A stretch of 61,904 bases of DNA, the filler included, from Thermodesulfobacteriota bacterium (lineage in GTDB: Bacteria; DASVDK01), in the NCBI GenBank assembly GCA_036381125.1. It is 9 parts of 9 records of this genome, joined end to end, with 100 filler letters (N's around TTAATTAATTAA, not from the genome) between each part and the next. Parts side by side here need not be neighbours in the genome. Positions count along the whole stretch, not along the records: positions 21,662 to 29,547 come from DASVDK010000192.1; positions 29,648 to 36,341 come from DASVDK010000193.1; positions 36,442 to 43,834 come from DASVDK010000194.1; 6 more parts are not named here. The stretch is one strand, 5' to 3'. The notes under the pieces were generated by a model that was not told the DNA's origin, searched no databases, and saw only the letters and a list, made by a program, of their open reading frames with translations. The number at the start of each line of letters is the position of its first letter. Positions within the stretch are counted from its first letter, which is position 1. Below, one piece after another: positions 28,528 to 42,223 of this stretch. A program made the position numbers and the translations under genes.

Positions 28528-28977
28528 CTACGCCTTCTTGACGCCTCCGGCGCCGCGGCGGCAGGTCGGGCAGGTGCCGAAGAAGTCGAGCCGGTGGGCC
28601 TCGATGCTGTAGCCGCTACGTCGCGATACGATGCGATGGATCGACTCGAGGTCGCATCCCGGCAGCTCGTCGATCCGCCCGCAGACGGTGCAGACGAGGT
28701 GGTGGTGGTGGTCGATGAACGGCTCCGCCAGCTCGAAGCGGGCAGCGCCCTCGGCGAACTCCACCCGGCGGGCGAGACCGAGCTCGACGAGGAGCCCGAG
28801 GGTGCGGTAGACGGAGCTGCGGTCCACTCGGCGGGCACGCACTTCGTCGGCGAGGGCATCGGCGTTGACCGGCCCCTCCGCCGCGGCCAGCGCGCGGATC
28901 ACCGCATCGCGCGGTCCCGTGTAGCGGTGCCCCTCGGCGTAGAGGCGCTCGCGGATGCGCTCCACGACGGCGTCCAT
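28528..28977 (-). CDS. Fur-family regulator, probably Zur
   Basis: SSVYRTLGLL, HHHHLVCTVCG, CPTC; near znuACB. Confidence 0.9.
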   Translation of the reverse strand: MDAVVERIRERLYAEGHRYTGPRDAVIRALAAAEGPVNADALADEVRARRVDRSSVYRTLGLLVELGLARRVEFAEGAARFELAEPFIDHHHHLVCTVCGRIDELPGCDLESIHRIVSRRSGYSIEAHRLDFFGTCPTCRRGAGGVKKA

Positions 28978-29103
28978 GCGTCGATGCTAGCGCGCCGCGC
29001 GAGCCCGGTTCAAGGGAGGCCGCGCGACGCTTCGCGACGGAGACGATGCGGGAGGCGTGGGTCCGGGTGGGCGGCGCCGAGACACGGCTCGTGCGCCCCG
29101 TGT

Positions 29104-29547
29104 TCACGGCGCCGAAGCCGCGAACGATGCGGCGCCGGCCGCGGGCCTGCCGACGCCGGACGCGCCGCGCGGGGCCGTGCCCGCCGAGCCCCGCAGCTCG
29201 TCGACGGTGCGGCAGCCGAGCAGCGCCATGGTGCGGTCCAGCTCCTCCAGCAGGATCGCGAGCGCGCGCGCGGCGCCGGCCTCCCCGCCCGCCGCGGCGC
29301 CGTAGAGCGTCGGGCGGCCGGCGAAGACGAATCGCGCCCCGGCCGCGACGGCGCGCGCGATGTCCGCCCCGCGCCAGACCCCGCCGTCCACCATCACGAC
29401 CAGCCGGCCGCCGACCGCCTCGGCAACGGCCGGCAGCGCCTCGATCGGCGCCGGCGCGGCGTCGAGCTGCCGGCCGCCGTGGTTCGACACGATCACGCCG
29501 TCGGCGCCCGCCCGTAGCGCCTCCTCGGCATCCTCCGGGTGGAGGAT
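29104..29547 (-). CDS. FMN-dependent alpha-hydroxy acid dehydrogenase/oxidase, C-terminal part (5' truncated)
   Basis: IVSNHGGRQLD, DGGVWRGADI, GRPTLYG. Confidence 0.92.
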   Translation of the reverse strand: MLHPEDAEEALRAGADGVIVSNHGGRQLDAAPAPIEALPAVAEAVGGRLVVMVDGGVWRGADIARAVAAGARFVFAGRPTLYGAAAGGEAGAARALAILLEELDRTMALLGCRTVDELRGSAGTAPRGASGVGRPAAGAASFAASAP

Positions 29548-29647
29548 NNNNNNNNNNNNNNNNNNNNNNNNNNNNNNNNNNNNNNNNNNNNTTAATTAAT
29601 TAANNNNNNNNNNNNNNNNNNNNNNNNNNNNNNNNNNNNNNNNNNNN

Positions 29648-30651
29648 GTGTCCACGGCGTCGAAGAGCGGCTCCTTGTCCTCCTGGAGGTCCCGGTTGTA
29701 GGCCAGCGGAAGCCCCTTGACGACCGCGAGGAGGCTCACGAGGTCCCCCACGACCCGCCCGGCCTTCCCCCGGATCAGCTCCGCCACGTCCGGGTTCTTC
29801 TTCTGCGGCATGATCGACGAACCGGTGGCAAAGGCGTCGGACAGCTCGACGAACCCGAACTCCGACGAGGTCCAGAGGACCAGCTCCTCGGCGAGGCGCG
29901 ACAGGTGCACCTGGCAGATCGCCAGCGCCGAGAGCAGCTCGAGGTGGCCGTCGCGGTCGGCCACGGCGTCGAGGCTGTTCTCGGCGACGCCGTCGAAGCC
30001 GAGGAGCCGCGCCACCATGTGCCGGTCGATCGGCAGCGGCGTCCCCGCCAGGGCGCCGGCCCCGAGCGGCAGGACGTTGATCCGACGGCGGGCGTCGGCG
30101 AGCCGCCCCCGGTCGCGCTCGAGCATCTCGTGGTAGGCGAGGAGGTGGTGGGCGAAGAGGACCGGCTGCGCCCGCTGCAGGTGGGTGTAGCCCGGCATGA
30201 CGGCGTCGACGTGCTTCGCCGCCACCTCGCCGAGGGCGCGCTGCAGCCCGGCGGCGGCCTCCCGCAGGCGATCGACGGCGTCGCGCATGTAGAGCCTGAG
30301 GTCGAGCGCCACCTGGTCGTTGCGGCTCCTCGCGGTGTGGAGCTTGCCGCCGACCTCCCCCACGAGCGCCACGAGGCGGCGCTCGATGTTCATGTGCACG
30401 TCCTCGAGGTCGGCGCGCCAGTCGAAGCGACCCGCCTCGACCTCGGCGCGGATCTGCTCGAGGCCGCGGACGATCGTCTCGGCCTCGGCGGCGCCGAGGA
30501 GCCCCACGGCGCCGAGCATGGTGGCGTGCGCGATGGAGCCCTCGATGTCGTAGAGGGCCAGGCGGCGGTCGTAGTGGACCGAGGCGGTGAAGGCCTCGAC
30601 GAGCCGGTCCGTCCCCGCCTCGAACCGCCCCCCCCAGGGCTTGTCGGACAT
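29648..30651 (-). CDS. argH: Argininosuccinate lyase (3' truncated)
   Basis: [40 protein letters not shown]. Confidence 0.97.
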
Positions 30652-30653
30652 CC

Positions 30654-31877
30654 CTACGAGCCCCCTCCCCGCTCGGCCAGCGCGGCGATGCGCAGCCTGA
30701 GCGCGTTGAGGCGGATGAAGCCCTCGGCGTCCTGCTGGTTGTACGCGCCGGCGTCGGCCTCCATGGTCGCGATCCGCGGGTTGTAGAGCGACCTGGGCGC
30801 CTTGCGGCCGACGACGTACACCTGCCCCTTGTAGAGCTTGAGGCGCGCCGTGCCGGTGACCGGCTTCTGGGCCTCGTCGAACGCGGCCTGCAGCATGCGG
30901 CGCTCGGGGGCGAACCAGTAGCCGTAGTAGATCATCTCCGCGTAGCGGGGGATGAGGCTGTCGCGCAGGTGGAGCACCTCGCGGTCGAGCGTGACCGACT
31001 CGACCGCGCGGTGGGCCGCATGGAGGATCGTGCCGCCCGGCGTCTCGTAGACGCCCCGCGACTTCATGCCGACGTACCGGTTCTCCACGAGGTCGACCCG
31101 CCCGATGCCGTGCGCGCCGCCGATCGCGTTGAGGGCGGCCAGCAGGTCCGCGGGCGTGAGCCGCTGCCCGTTGACGGCCACCGGGTCACCCGCCTCGTAG
31201 TCGACCTCCACGTACTCCGGCCGGTCCGGCGCCTTCCGCGGGTCGACCGTGAGCAGGAAGATGTCCTCCGGCGGCTCGCGCCACGGGTCCTCGAGGATGC
31301 CGCTCTCGTACGAGATGTGCAGGAGGTTGCGGTCGGTCGAGTACGGCTTGTCGGACGACGCCGTCACGGGGATGCCGTGCTTCCTCGCGTAGGCGATCAG
31401 CTCCTGGCGGCCCGGCAGGTCCCACTCGCGCCACGGCGCGATGATCCGAACGGTCGGGTCCATGGCGTAGCAGGCCAGCTCGAACCGGACCTGGTCGTTC
31501 CCCTTGCCGGTGGCGCCGTGGGAAACCGCGTCGGCCCCCTCGGCCCTCGCCACCCGCATCAGCGCCTCGGCGATGCAGGGCCTGGCGATGGAGGTGCCGA
31601 GGAGGTACTGCCCCTCGTAGAGCGCGTTGGCGCGGAGCATGGGAAAGACGAAGTCCCGCACGAAGGCCTCGCGCAGGTCCTCGATCACCACCTTCGACGC
31701 GCCGGTCCTGAGCCCCTTCTCGCGCACCGGCGCCAGCTCCTCCCCCTGCCCCACGTCGGCGCAGAAGGCGACGACCTCGCACCCGTAGGTCTCGATCAGC
31801 CACCTGAGGATGACCGAGGTGTCGAGCCCCCCGGAGTAGGCGAGAACGACCTTCTTCACCTCACCGCGCGCCGCCAT
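30654..31877 (-). CDS. argG: Argininosuccinate synthase
   Basis: [33 protein letters not shown]. Confidence 0.98.
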   Translation of the reverse strand: MAARGEVKKVVLAYSGGLDTSVILRWLIETYGCEVVAFCADVGQGEELAPVREKGLRTGASKVVIEDLREAFVRDFVFPMLRANALYEGQYLLGTSIARPCIAEALMRVARAEGADAVSHGATGKGNDQVRFELACYAMDPTVRIIAPWREWDLPGRQELIAYARKHGIPVTASSDKPYSTDRNLLHISYESGILEDPWREPPEDIFLLTVDPRKAPDRPEYVEVDYEAGDPVAVNGQRLTPADLLAALNAIGGAHGIGRVDLVENRYVGMKSRGVYETPGGTILHAAHRAVESVTLDREVLHLRDSLIPRYAEMIYYGYWFAPERRMLQAAFDEAQKPVTGTARLKLYKGQVYVVGRKAPRSLYNPRIATMEADAGAYNQQDAEGFIRLNALRLRIAALAERGGGS

Positions 31878-32808
31878 CGTTCCCTCCGTTGACGAGCATC
31901 TCGAGAATGGCCTTCTGGGCGTGCAGCCGGTTCTCCGCCTGGTCGAAGACGATGGAGCGCGGGCCGTCCATGACCTCGTCCGTCAGCTCCTCGCCGCGAT
32001 GGGCCGGCAGGCAGTGCATGACGACCGCCTCCGGCTTCGCGTGCGCGAGCAGCGCGTCGTTCACCTGGTACCGCTGGAAGGCGTACCGCCGGCGGGCCGC
32101 CTCGGTCTCCTGGTGCATGCTGATCCAGGTGTCCGTGTAGACGGCGTCGGCGCCGGCGACCGCCTCCACCGGGTCCTCGAGGAGCGTGATCGTGGCCCCC
32201 GTCTCCCGGGCCGCGGCCCGCGCCCGCTCCACGGCCGCCGCGGGGAGCCCGTACCCGGGCGGCGACGCGATGCGGAACCGCATGCCGGCGAGCGCCGCAC
32301 CCTCCATGAGCGAGGTGGCGGTGTTGTTGCCGTCGCCCACGAAGGCGATCGTCTTGCCGGCGAGCGCGCCGGCCCACCGCTCGTGGAGCGTGAAGAGGTC
32401 GGCGACGACCTGGCAGGGGTGGTGCCCGTCGGTGAGCCCGTTGATGACCGGCACCCGCGCGGTCCGGGCGAGGCGCTCGACCGTCTCGTCCTTGAAGGTC
32501 CGGATCATGATGACGTCGCACCACCGCTCGAGGTTGCGCGCCACGTCCTCGACCGACTCGCGCACGTCGAGCGTGAAGTCGTAGGTCGAGAGGTAGACGG
32601 CGATGCCGCCGAGCTGCTGCATGCCGATCTCGAACGTGACGCGGGTGCGCAGCGACGGCTTCTGGAAGAGCATGGCGAGGCTCTTCCCCTCGAGCGGCCG
32701 GTGCGGCCGGCCCGCCTTCGTGAGCGCCTTGACGCGTCCCGCGAGGTCGAAGCAGCTGGCGAGATCTCGCGGCGTCCAGTCGAGTACCCTCAGGAAGTCC
32801 CGCTTCAT
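31861..32808 (-). CDS. argF: Ornithine carbamoyltransferase
   Basis: [30 protein letters not shown]. Confidence 0.96.
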   Translation of the reverse strand: MKRDFLRVLDWTPRDLASCFDLAGRVKALTKAGRPHRPLEGKSLAMLFQKPSLRTRVTFEIGMQQLGGIAVYLSTYDFTLDVRESVEDVARNLERWCDVIMIRTFKDETVERLARTARVPVINGLTDGHHPCQVVADLFTLHERWAGALAGKTIAFVGDGNNTATSLMEGAALAGMRFRIASPPGYGLPAAAVERARAAARETGATITLLEDPVEAVAGADAVYTDTWISMHQETEAARRRYAFQRYQVNDALLAHAKPEAVVMHCLPAHRGEELTDEVMDGPRSIVFDQAENRLHAQKAILEMLVNGGNDGGAR

Positions 32809-34016
32809 GCCCGATCTCCGAGGTACCGGTCGAGCGCGGCGACGAGCCGGTCGACGTCCTCCTGCGCGATGACGAGGGGCGGCACGAAGCGGACGACCTG
32901 CGGCCCCGCCGACGCGACGAGGAAGCCGTCCGCCATCGCCCGCTTCACGATGTCCGCCGCCGCGAGCCCCTCGGCCAGCTCGAGGCCGATCAGGAGGCCC
33001 TTGCCGCGCACGTCGCGGACGGCCCGGGGGCGGCGCGCCGCCAGGCCCCGGAGCGCCTCGAGGAAGTGGCGGCCCACGGCCGCCGCGCGCTCGACGACCC
33101 CCTCGTCGAGGAGCGTGCGGAGCACCGCCACGCCGGCGGCCGTCGCGAGCGGGTTGCCGCCGAACGTGGTCCCGTGGCTGCCCGGGCCGAGGGCGCCGGC
33201 GACCCGCTCGGTGACGAGCATCGCGCCGATGGGGACGCCCCCCGCGAGCCCCTTGGCGAGCGTCATCACGTCGGGCGCGACGCCCCAGTGCTCGTGCGCC
33301 CAGAGCCGGCCGGTCCGTCCCATCCCGGTCTGGATCTCGTCGAAGATCAAGAGGGCGCCTCGCTCGTCGCAGAGGCGGCGAGCCGCCGAGAGGTAGCCGT
33401 CCGGCGGCACGTGCACGCCGCCCTCGGCCTGGATCGGCTCGAGGAGGACGGCGCAGACCCGGTCGTCGACGGCGGCCTCGAGGGCCGACACGTCGCCGAA
33501 GGGCACGTGGCGGAAGCCCTCGGGCAGGGGGCCGAAGCCCTCGTGGTACTTCGGCTGGCCGGTCGCGGCCAGCGCGCCGAGCGTCCGGCCGTGGAAGCCG
33601 CCCACGGCCGACACGACGTGGCAGCGCTCCGGCCGGCCCGCGGTGTACGCGAACCGCCGCGCGAGCTTGATGGCCGCCTCGTTGGCCTCGGCGCCCGAGT
33701 TGCAGAAGAACGCGCGGTCGGCGAACGAGTGCCGCACGAGGAGGTCGGCGAGCCGGATCTGGGGCTCGATCCAGTAGAGGTTCGACACGTGGATCAGCGA
33801 CGCCGCCTGCGCCTGGACGGCGCGGACGAGCGCCGGGTGCCCGTGCCCGAGCACGTCCACCGCGATGCCGCCCACGAAGTCGACGTACGCCTTGCCGTCG
33901 GCGTCGTAGACGCGCGTCCCCTCCCCGTGGGTCAGCACGACCGGCGACCGGCCGTAGTTCCGGAGGAGCACCCGCTCGCCGAGCGCGATGAGCTCGGCCT
34001 GTCTCGAGTCCGTCAT
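32805..34016 (-). CDS. argD: Acetylornithine aminotransferase
   Basis: [43 protein letters not shown]; within the arg operon. Confidence 0.95.
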   Translation of the reverse strand: MTDSRQAELIALGERVLLRNYGRSPVVLTHGEGTRVYDADGKAYVDFVGGIAVDVLGHGHPALVRAVQAQAASLIHVSNLYWIEPQIRLADLLVRHSFADRAFFCNSGAEANEAAIKLARRFAYTAGRPERCHVVSAVGGFHGRTLGALAATGQPKYHEGFGPLPEGFRHVPFGDVSALEAAVDDRVCAVLLEPIQAEGGVHVPPDGYLSAARRLCDERGALLIFDEIQTGMGRTGRLWAHEHWGVAPDVMTLAKGLAGGVPIGAMLVTERVAGALGPGSHGTTFGGNPLATAAGVAVLRTLLDEGVVERAAAVGRHFLEALRGLAARRPRAVRDVRGKGLLIGLELAEGLAAADIVKRAMADGFLVASAGPQVVRFVPPLVIAQEDVDRLVAALDRYLGDRA

Positions 34017-34873
34017 ACGATCTGCGTCCCCACGCCCTGGTCCGTGAACAGCTCCAGCAGCACCGCGTGCGGCACCCGGCCGTCGGCGATCGTGGCCTTC
34101 TCGACCCCCGCGTCGAGCGCGTCGAGGCAGCAGGAGACCTTGGGGATCATGCCGCCCGAGATCGTGCCGTCGGCGATCATGCGGCGGGCGTCGTCGCGCC
34201 GCAGGACCGGCACGAGCCGCCTGTCGCGGTCGAGGACCCCCTCCTGATCGGTGAGCAGGATCAGGCGCGCCGCCTTGAGGCCGCCCGCGATGGCGCCCGC
34301 GACGAGGTCGGCGTTGATGTTGTACGGGAGGTTGTCGCGTCCGACCCCGACGGGCGCGATCACCGGGATGAAGCCGTCCCGCTCGAGGGACCGGAGCACC
34401 GACGGGTCGACCCGCTCGACCTCGCCCACCAGGCCGAGGTCGACCGGCCCACCCTTCGACACCATCTCGAGCTTGCGCGCCGTGAAGAGGCCGCCGTCCT
34501 TCCCCGAGAGTCCGACGGCGCGTCCCCCCTCGCTGTTGATCATCCGGACGATCTCGGGGTTGGTCTGCCCCACGAGGACCATCTCGACGACCGACATCGT
34601 GGCGGGGTCGGTCACCCGCATCCCCTCGACGAAGCGCGTCTCCACCCCGAGCTTCTTGAGGGTGTCGGTGATCTGCGGTCCGCCGCCGTGTACCACGACC
34701 GGGTTGAGGCCGACGTAGCGCATGAGGATCACGTCCTGCGCGAAGGCCCGCTTGAGGCCGTCGTTCAGCATGGCGGCGCCGCCGTACTTGATGACGAACG
34801 TCTTGCCGGCGAACGCTTGGATGTAGGGCAGGGCCTCGACGAGGACCGCCGCCCGTTCCGGGGCGCTGAGCAT
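34013..34873 (-). CDS. argB: Acetylglutamate kinase
   Basis: [25 protein letters not shown]. Confidence 0.97.
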   Translation of the reverse strand: MLSAPERAAVLVEALPYIQAFAGKTFVIKYGGAAMLNDGLKRAFAQDVILMRYVGLNPVVVHGGGPQITDTLKKLGVETRFVEGMRVTDPATMSVVEMVLVGQTNPEIVRMINSEGGRAVGLSGKDGGLFTARKLEMVSKGGPVDLGLVGEVERVDPSVLRSLERDGFIPVIAPVGVGRDNLPYNINADLVAGAIAGGLKAARLILLTDQEGVLDRDRRLVPVLRRDDARRMIADGTISGGMIPKVSCCLDALDAGVEKATIADGRVPHAVLLELFTDQGVGTQIV

Positions 34874-35013
34874 GTGAGCGTCCTTCTCCGCGGGGGGCCT
34901 CAACACCGCACAGGCGAGCGTTCCGCATTGCCGGGCCCCCCGTACCCCCCTTCCCGCTCGGCGCGGCCAAGCCGCGCCTCGCTCTCGGTGCCGGTCGGAC
35001 CGCTGCCGTCTGT

Positions 35014-36341
<1,328 letters not shown>

Positions 36342-36441
36342 NNNNNNNNNNNNNNNNNNNNNNNNNNNNNNNNNNNNNNNNNNNNTTAATTAATTAANNN
36401 NNNNNNNNNNNNNNNNNNNNNNNNNNNNNNNNNNNNNNNNN

Positions 36442-37303
<862 letters not shown>

Positions 37304-37430
37304 AGTCGGCCGCCGGAGCGGTTGGGTGATTATCGCAGCCGGCGGTGACGCGTGTCAACGTGCCGAAAATCGTCGCTTTTTTGGGAACGTGGCCCCGACC
37401 ACCGAAGGAAGGGGTCGAGTGCCCGCCGGC

Positions 37431-37462
37431 CGGGGCGGGACGCCGGCTCCCGTCCCGCCCCG
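37431..37462. terminator. GC-rich hairpin downstream of the aminotransferase gene
   Basis: CGGGGCGGGACG...CGTCCCGCCCCG 12-bp stem; no clear U-tract. Confidence 0.4.
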
Positions 37463-37474
37463 CTCCGCGCGCCG

Positions 37475-38677
37475 CTACTCCAGCGCCGAGAGCGCGGTCC
37501 GCATCCTCGCGACCGCCTCCTCGATCTTCGGCATGGCCGTGGCGTACGAGAGCCGCAGGTAGCCCTCCGCGCCGAAGGCGGCGCCGGCCACCGTGCCGAC
37601 GCGGGCCGCGTCGAGGAGGTAGTCGGCCAGGTCGTACGACGTGGCGATGGTCCGCCCCTCCCGGGTCTTGCGGCCGAGCAGCCGGGACACGTTCGGGAAG
37701 GCGTAGAACGCCCCCTGCGGCGTGCTGCAGGTGACGCCCGGCAGGCTGCCCAGGGCGTCGACCAGGAACCGCCGGCGGCGGTCGAACTCGGCGACCATCA
37801 TCGGCAGCTCCTCGGCCGGGTTGGCGAGGGCGAACGTGGCCGCCTTGATGGTCACCGACGAGGGGTTCGACGTGGACTGGCTCTGGACCACCTCCATGGC
37901 CCGGACGACCTCGACCGGGCCGGCCCCGTAGCCGAGCCGCCAGCCGGTCATGGCGTAGGCCTTGGAGAGGCCGTTGACGGTGATCGTGCGGGCGTAGACC
38001 TCGGGCGAGAGCGACGCGAACGCCGTCTGGACGAAGCCGTCGTACACGAGCCTCTCGTAGATCTCGTCCGAGCAGACGAGGATGTCCTTCTCGACGACCA
38101 CCTTCGCGAGCGCCTCGAGCTCCGCCTTCGTGTAGGCCGCGCCCGTCGGGTTCGAGGGGGTGTTGAGGATGAGGAGCTTCGTGCGCGGCGTGACGGCGGC
38201 ACGAAGCTGCTCGGCCGTCATCTTGAAGCCCTGCTCCGCGGTCGTCTCGACGATCACCGGCCGGCCGCCCGCGAGGAGCACCATGTCGGGGTACGAGACC
38301 CAGTAGGGCGCGGGGATGATCACCTCGTCGCCCGGGTCGACGACCGCCATGAGCACGTTGTAGATGGTGTGCTTGGCGCCGACCGAGACGATGACCTGCT
38401 CGGGCCGGTACTCGACCCCGTTCTCGCGCGAGAGCTTCGCGCAGACCGCCTGGCGCAGCTCGGGCGTCCCGGCGGTCGGCATGTACTTGGTGAAGCCCTC
38501 CTCGATGGCCCTGATGCCGGCCTGCTTCACCGCCTTCGGCGTGTCGAAGTCGGGTTCGCCCACGGTGAGGGAGATGACGTCGACGCCCCTGGCGCGCAGT
38601 TCGCGCGCCTTGTTCTCGGCGGCGATCGTCGGGGACGGCTTGACGGCGGCAATGCGGCTGGCGAGTCGGATGGCCAT
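37475..38677 (-). CDS. PLP-dependent class I aminotransferase (aspartate aminotransferase)
   Basis: GEPDFDTP, NTPSNPTG, SDEIYE, SKAYAMTGWRLGY. Confidence 0.95.
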   Translation of the reverse strand: MAIRLASRIAAVKPSPTIAAENKARELRARGVDVISLTVGEPDFDTPKAVKQAGIRAIEEGFTKYMPTAGTPELRQAVCAKLSRENGVEYRPEQVIVSVGAKHTIYNVLMAVVDPGDEVIIPAPYWVSYPDMVLLAGGRPVIVETTAEQGFKMTAEQLRAAVTPRTKLLILNTPSNPTGAAYTKAELEALAKVVVEKDILVCSDEIYERLVYDGFVQTAFASLSPEVYARTITVNGLSKAYAMTGWRLGYGAGPVEVVRAMEVVQSQSTSNPSSVTIKAATFALANPAEELPMMVAEFDRRRRFLVDALGSLPGVTCSTPQGAFYAFPNVSRLLGRKTREGRTIATSYDLADYLLDAARVGTVAGAAFGAEGYLRLSYATAMPKIEEAVARMRTALSALE

Positions 38678-38680
38678 GGC

Positions 38681-39202
38681 CTAACGCGGACCTCGTGCGG
38701 CAGGTTTCCGGGACCGCGGGAACTTGCCCGCGAGCGCCTCGAGGACCGGCGGCGGGACCATCCCGTCGACGGATCCGCCGAGGCTCGCCACCTCCTTGAC
38801 GAGGCGGCTCGAAAGGAACGAGTGCTTGGCGCTCGTCGTCATGAAGACGGTCTCGATGCTCGGCTCGAGTTGCCGGTTCATGAGCGCCATCTGGAACTCG
38901 TACTCGAAGTCGGAGACCGCGCGCAGGCCGCGGAGGATCAGCGTCGCCCCGTGGGCCCGCGCGTAGTCGACCAGGAGGCCGCCGAAGGCGTCGACCCGTA
39001 CGCGCGCCGCGGCGGGCCGCCCCTCGAGCGCCCGGCGGATCAGCTCGAGCCGCTCCTCGACCGTGAAGAGCGTCTGCTTCTCCGGGTTCGTGGCGATCGC
39101 CACGATGAGCGAGTCGGCGAGCACGACGCCCCGCTCGATGAGGTCGAGGTGGCCGTTGGTGATCGGGTCGAACGAGCCCGGATAGACGGCGATGCGCGTC
39201 AT
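38681..39202 (-). CDS. coaD: Phosphopantetheine adenylyltransferase
   Basis: [38 protein letters not shown]. Confidence 0.97.
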   Translation of the reverse strand: MTRIAVYPGSFDPITNGHLDLIERGVVLADSLIVAIATNPEKQTLFTVEERLELIRRALEGRPAAARVRVDAFGGLLVDYARAHGATLILRGLRAVSDFEYEFQMALMNRQLEPSIETVFMTTSAKHSFLSSRLVKEVASLGGSVDGMVPPPVLEALAGKFPRSRKPAARGPR

Positions 39203-39261
39203 GTGGCCCCCCACCAATGGCGGCGCGCCGCCCCGGCGGCCGCGTCGCGGCCGCCCGCCCG

Positions 39262-39828
39262 TCAGGCCGACCGTCGATAGACTGTGATCGCCGTCCGGCC
39301 GTACGCTCGCCGGACCACCTCGACGAGGTCGCCGGCGGCTGCCGGCATCGCCTCGTCCGTCGCGTGCTCCGCCACCACGAACCCGCCCGGCGCGACGAGC
39401 CCCAGACCGGCGAGCCGGGTCACGACGCTCGCGGCCAGGCCGGCGCCGTACGGCGGGTCGAGGAACACCGTCCCGAACGCCGCCCCCTCGCGGCCGAGGC
39501 GATCGAGGCTCGCCTCGACGGCGGCCCGGACGATCCGGACCCGGTCGTCCGGCACGTCGAGCGAGGAGACGTTCCTCGCCAGCACGGCAACCGCCCGCCC
39601 CGCTCCCTCGACGAACGTCGCCCGCGCGGCGCCCCGCGAGAGCGCCTCGAGCCCCAGGCTCCCCGTGCCGGCGAAGAGGTCGAGGACCGCGGCCCCCCGG
39701 ATCGGGGCGCCGCGCGCCTCGAGGATGTTGAAGACCGCCGCCCGGAGGCGGTCGGTCGATGGGCGGGTCGCCTCGCCCCTCGGCGCGACCAGCGTTCGGC
39801 CGCGCCACTCGCCGCCGGTGATCCGCAG
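39262..39828 (-). CDS. rsmD: 16S rRNA m2G966 methyltransferase; probable CTG start
   Basis: (L)[10 protein letters not shown]...TRPSTDRLR...[19 protein letters not shown]...DPPY...YGRT; the ORF track catches only the 3' part. Confidence 0.92.
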   Translation of the reverse strand: MRITGGEWRGRTLVAPRGEATRPSTDRLRAAVFNILEARGAPIRGAAVLDLFAGTGSLGLEALSRGAARATFVEGAGRAVAVLARNVSSLDVPDDRVRIVRAAVEASLDRLGREGAAFGTVFLDPPYGAGLAASVVTRLAGLGLVAPGGFVVAEHATDEAMPAAAGDLVEVVRRAYGRTAITVYRRSA

Positions 39829-41238
39829 CTACTTCACCGCCGCCTTCAGGGCGTCGGGCATGGCCGCCGCGACCGGCACCGGCCTGACGTACCGGTCGAC
39901 CAGCGCCCGCGTGCCCTTCGCGCCGAGCTGCGTGAAGAGGAACTCGAGCTTGCCCTCCAGCTCCCGCGCGAGCGCGTCGCGGGTCGCCTCCGGCAGCTCC
40001 CAGAAGGCGGCCTTGAACGGGCCGTACCCCCGCTTGCGGTTCTTGTAGAGGAACTGCTCCTCGGTCTCGTCCGCCTTCTTCTCCGCGCCGAGCGTCTGTC
40101 GGATGTGCGCGTAGATCCGCTCTCGGAGCTGGGCCGGAAAGGCCGCCGACTCGAACATCATGTTCTGGAAGCCGGTGGCCAGGTGGATCTCGGCCGCCCC
40201 CGTCTTCGGGAAGAGGTGGAACAGCTCGTCGGGGAGCGTCGAGGCGCCGTGCTGCACGCAGCCGGCGATGCCGTACTCGCGGCAGACGGTCGACAGCCGC
40301 TCGAGCGTCCCGAAGTCGAGCTTCACCTCGGCCACCTTGCCGTCCGGCGTCGGGATGCCGCCGTGCGAGGTGCCGGTCTGGACGCTGATCTTGCTCGGGC
40401 CCTTCGCGCCCGGCTTGCGCCGCGCCAGCTCCTCGCGGATCCCCTCGACGTAGGCGCGCAACTCCGCCTCCGTGGAGTTGTGCTTGCCGACCTCGCCGAT
40501 CTCGCCCCCGACCGAGATGGTCACGCCCTCCGGTTCGAGGTCGCGGATGAGGGCGATCATCTCGGCGGTGATCTCGAAGTTCTCGCACTGCTGCTCGCGC
40601 TCGGGCGACTTCGAGAGGTCCACGATGGTCGACGCGTCGATGTCGATGTTCATGTAGCCGGCGGCGATGGCCTCCCGCACGAGGCGGCGCAGGCCGTCGA
40701 TCTCCGCCTGCCGGTCCTTCGCGAAGTTCTTCGCGTTGATCTGGAAGTGGTCCCCCTGCACGAAGATGGGGCCCCGGTAGCCTTCCTTGATGCCGGCCGC
40801 GAGGACCGACGACGCGAAGTCGGCCGGCCGCTGGTCGGTGTAGCCCATCTCGCTCTTGGCCAGCTCGAAGATGAACGCGCCCGCGTCGGTCTTCTTCGCC
40901 GTCCGGATCATGGCCCGGGCGAAGTCGTACGTCATGCCGCGGATGTTCACCGCGGGGACCGTGACGCCCTCGTACTCGCCGCGCGCGCGGGCCTCGTAGA
41001 GCGCCTGGATCGACGCCGAGTGGAGGCCGAGCCCGCGCGCCGCCTCCCGGACGAGGTAGGCGGCCGCCTGCCGGACCTCGGGCGAGACGCCGTTGGCGGC
41101 GTTGTAGGCGAGCTGGTCGATGACGCCTGCGCGGAGCCTGGCCTCGTCGGTCACCTCGACGCCGTCCCGGGAGACCCGGAGGGCCGGCGTGACGGCGGCG
41201 AGCAACGCGGAGAGGTCGGCGTACTTCTCGTAGGTCAT
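39829..41238 (-). CDS. Class II fructose-bisphosphate aldolase-family protein (long form)
   Basis: [45 protein letters not shown]. Confidence 0.88.
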   Translation of the reverse strand: MTYEKYADLSALLAAVTPALRVSRDGVEVTDEARLRAGVIDQLAYNAANGVSPEVRQAAAYLVREAARGLGLHSASIQALYEARARGEYEGVTVPAVNIRGMTYDFARAMIRTAKKTDAGAFIFELAKSEMGYTDQRPADFASSVLAAGIKEGYRGPIFVQGDHFQINAKNFAKDRQAEIDGLRRLVREAIAAGYMNIDIDASTIVDLSKSPEREQQCENFEITAEMIALIRDLEPEGVTISVGGEIGEVGKHNSTEAELRAYVEGIREELARRKPGAKGPSKISVQTGTSHGGIPTPDGKVAEVKLDFGTLERLSTVCREYGIAGCVQHGASTLPDELFHLFPKTGAAEIHLATGFQNMMFESAAFPAQLRERIYAHIRQTLGAEKKADETEEQFLYKNRKRGYGPFKAAFWELPEATRDALARELEGKLEFLFTQLGAKGTRALVDRYVRPVPVAAAMPDALKAAVK

Positions 41239-41369
41239 CACGGGGGCTCCTCCACGGCCGGCGACGCGCGCGACCGCGTGGAAGTGTTCACAACTGCTCG
41301 GGAAACGTACCATCAGGCCCGCACACCGTCAACCGGACCGGGCGCGCGGGCCGCCTGTCGAGCCGAGGC

Positions 41370-41825
41370 TTACGGTCTCGCCGCTCGCCCGCCCTCGAGG
41401 AGCCGGTCGAGCCCGCGCAGCATCTGGCGCAGGTCCCCCGGGTCGAGGTCGATCGAGAAGGTCAGGCGATGCGCGCGGGCGGGGTTCGGATGGGCCGACC
41501 CCTGGGCGACGAAGGCGCCCTGCCCGTTCGCGCGGACCTCGAGCACGAGGGCGGGGTCGAGGGCGTCCAGGGCGGCCACGCCGCCCGGCGCGGTCTCGAG
41601 GGCTCGCAGGCCGTCGCGCAGGCGGGCGAACGCCTCGACGGCGAACGTCGCCTCGTAGCTCGCGCGAAACGGTCCGGCCGTGATGTCGACCTCGCCGCGC
41701 ACCCGGCTGCGCCCGTCCCCACCCGGCGCCGCGTGCGGCGGGCCGGGCAGCCGCACGCGCACGAAGTCGCCCGCGAGACGGCCGACCAGGAGCGACGGCC
41801 CCCGGGTGGTGACCAGGAGCGTCAT
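41370..41825 (-). CDS. Hypothetical protein, WapI/immunity-like beta-rich family
   Basis: GEVDITAGPFRASYEA...FARLRDGLRAL...LTFSIDLD...L; coupled to the upstream gene by an ATGA overlap. Confidence 0.5.
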   Translation of the reverse strand: MTLLVTTRGPSLLVGRLAGDFVRVRLPGPPHAAPGGDGRSRVRGEVDITAGPFRASYEATFAVEAFARLRDGLRALETAPGGVAALDALDPALVLEVRANGQGAFVAQGSAHPNPARAHRLTFSIDLDPGDLRQMLRGLDRLLEGGRAARP

Positions 41826-42178
41826 ACGCGGATCCACGCGCCGTCGCTCGACACGATCCCGTCGGCCACGGCTTGCAGGATCACGCGCCGGGCCGCGTCC
41901 ACCAGGTCCCCGGCGACGGCGATGCGCCGCTCGTCGAACGGGGCGATGGCCAGCGGATAGCCCGGCATGGCCATCGAGCGGACCCGGGCCGGGATGCCGC
42001 GATCGACGAGGACGCCGGCGAGCAGGTCGGCCTCGAGGGCGTTCCAGCACCGGTAGAGTTCGACGAAGGCGGCCGGCCGCGGCGCCTCGCGCGCGCCCGG
42101 CGCGAGCGGCAGGCGGCAGTCGGGGCAGGCGTAGTCGTCCTCGGTATATGTGGCCGTGCAGCTCGGACAGTACGCCAT
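41822..42178 (-). CDS. Zn-ribbon plus DUF2007-like protein
   Basis: YCPSC...CPDC; EADLLAGVL.DRGI. Confidence 0.7.
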   Translation of the reverse strand: MAYCPSCTATYTEDDYACPDCRLPLAPGAREAPRPAAFVELYRCWNALEADLLAGVLVDRGIPARVRSMAMPGYPLAIAPFDERRIAVAGDLVDAARRVILQAVADGIVSSDGAWIRV

Positions 42179-42223
42179 GAGGCCGATCTCCCGCGCCCAC
42201 GGTACCCGCGTCCCGGGCGGGCG

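Noticed and set aside
39262..41238. TAG readthrough or pyrrolysine fusion of the aldolase and RsmD
   Set aside because: No pyl genes are seen, both proteins are complete as separate units, and many other genes here end in TAG.
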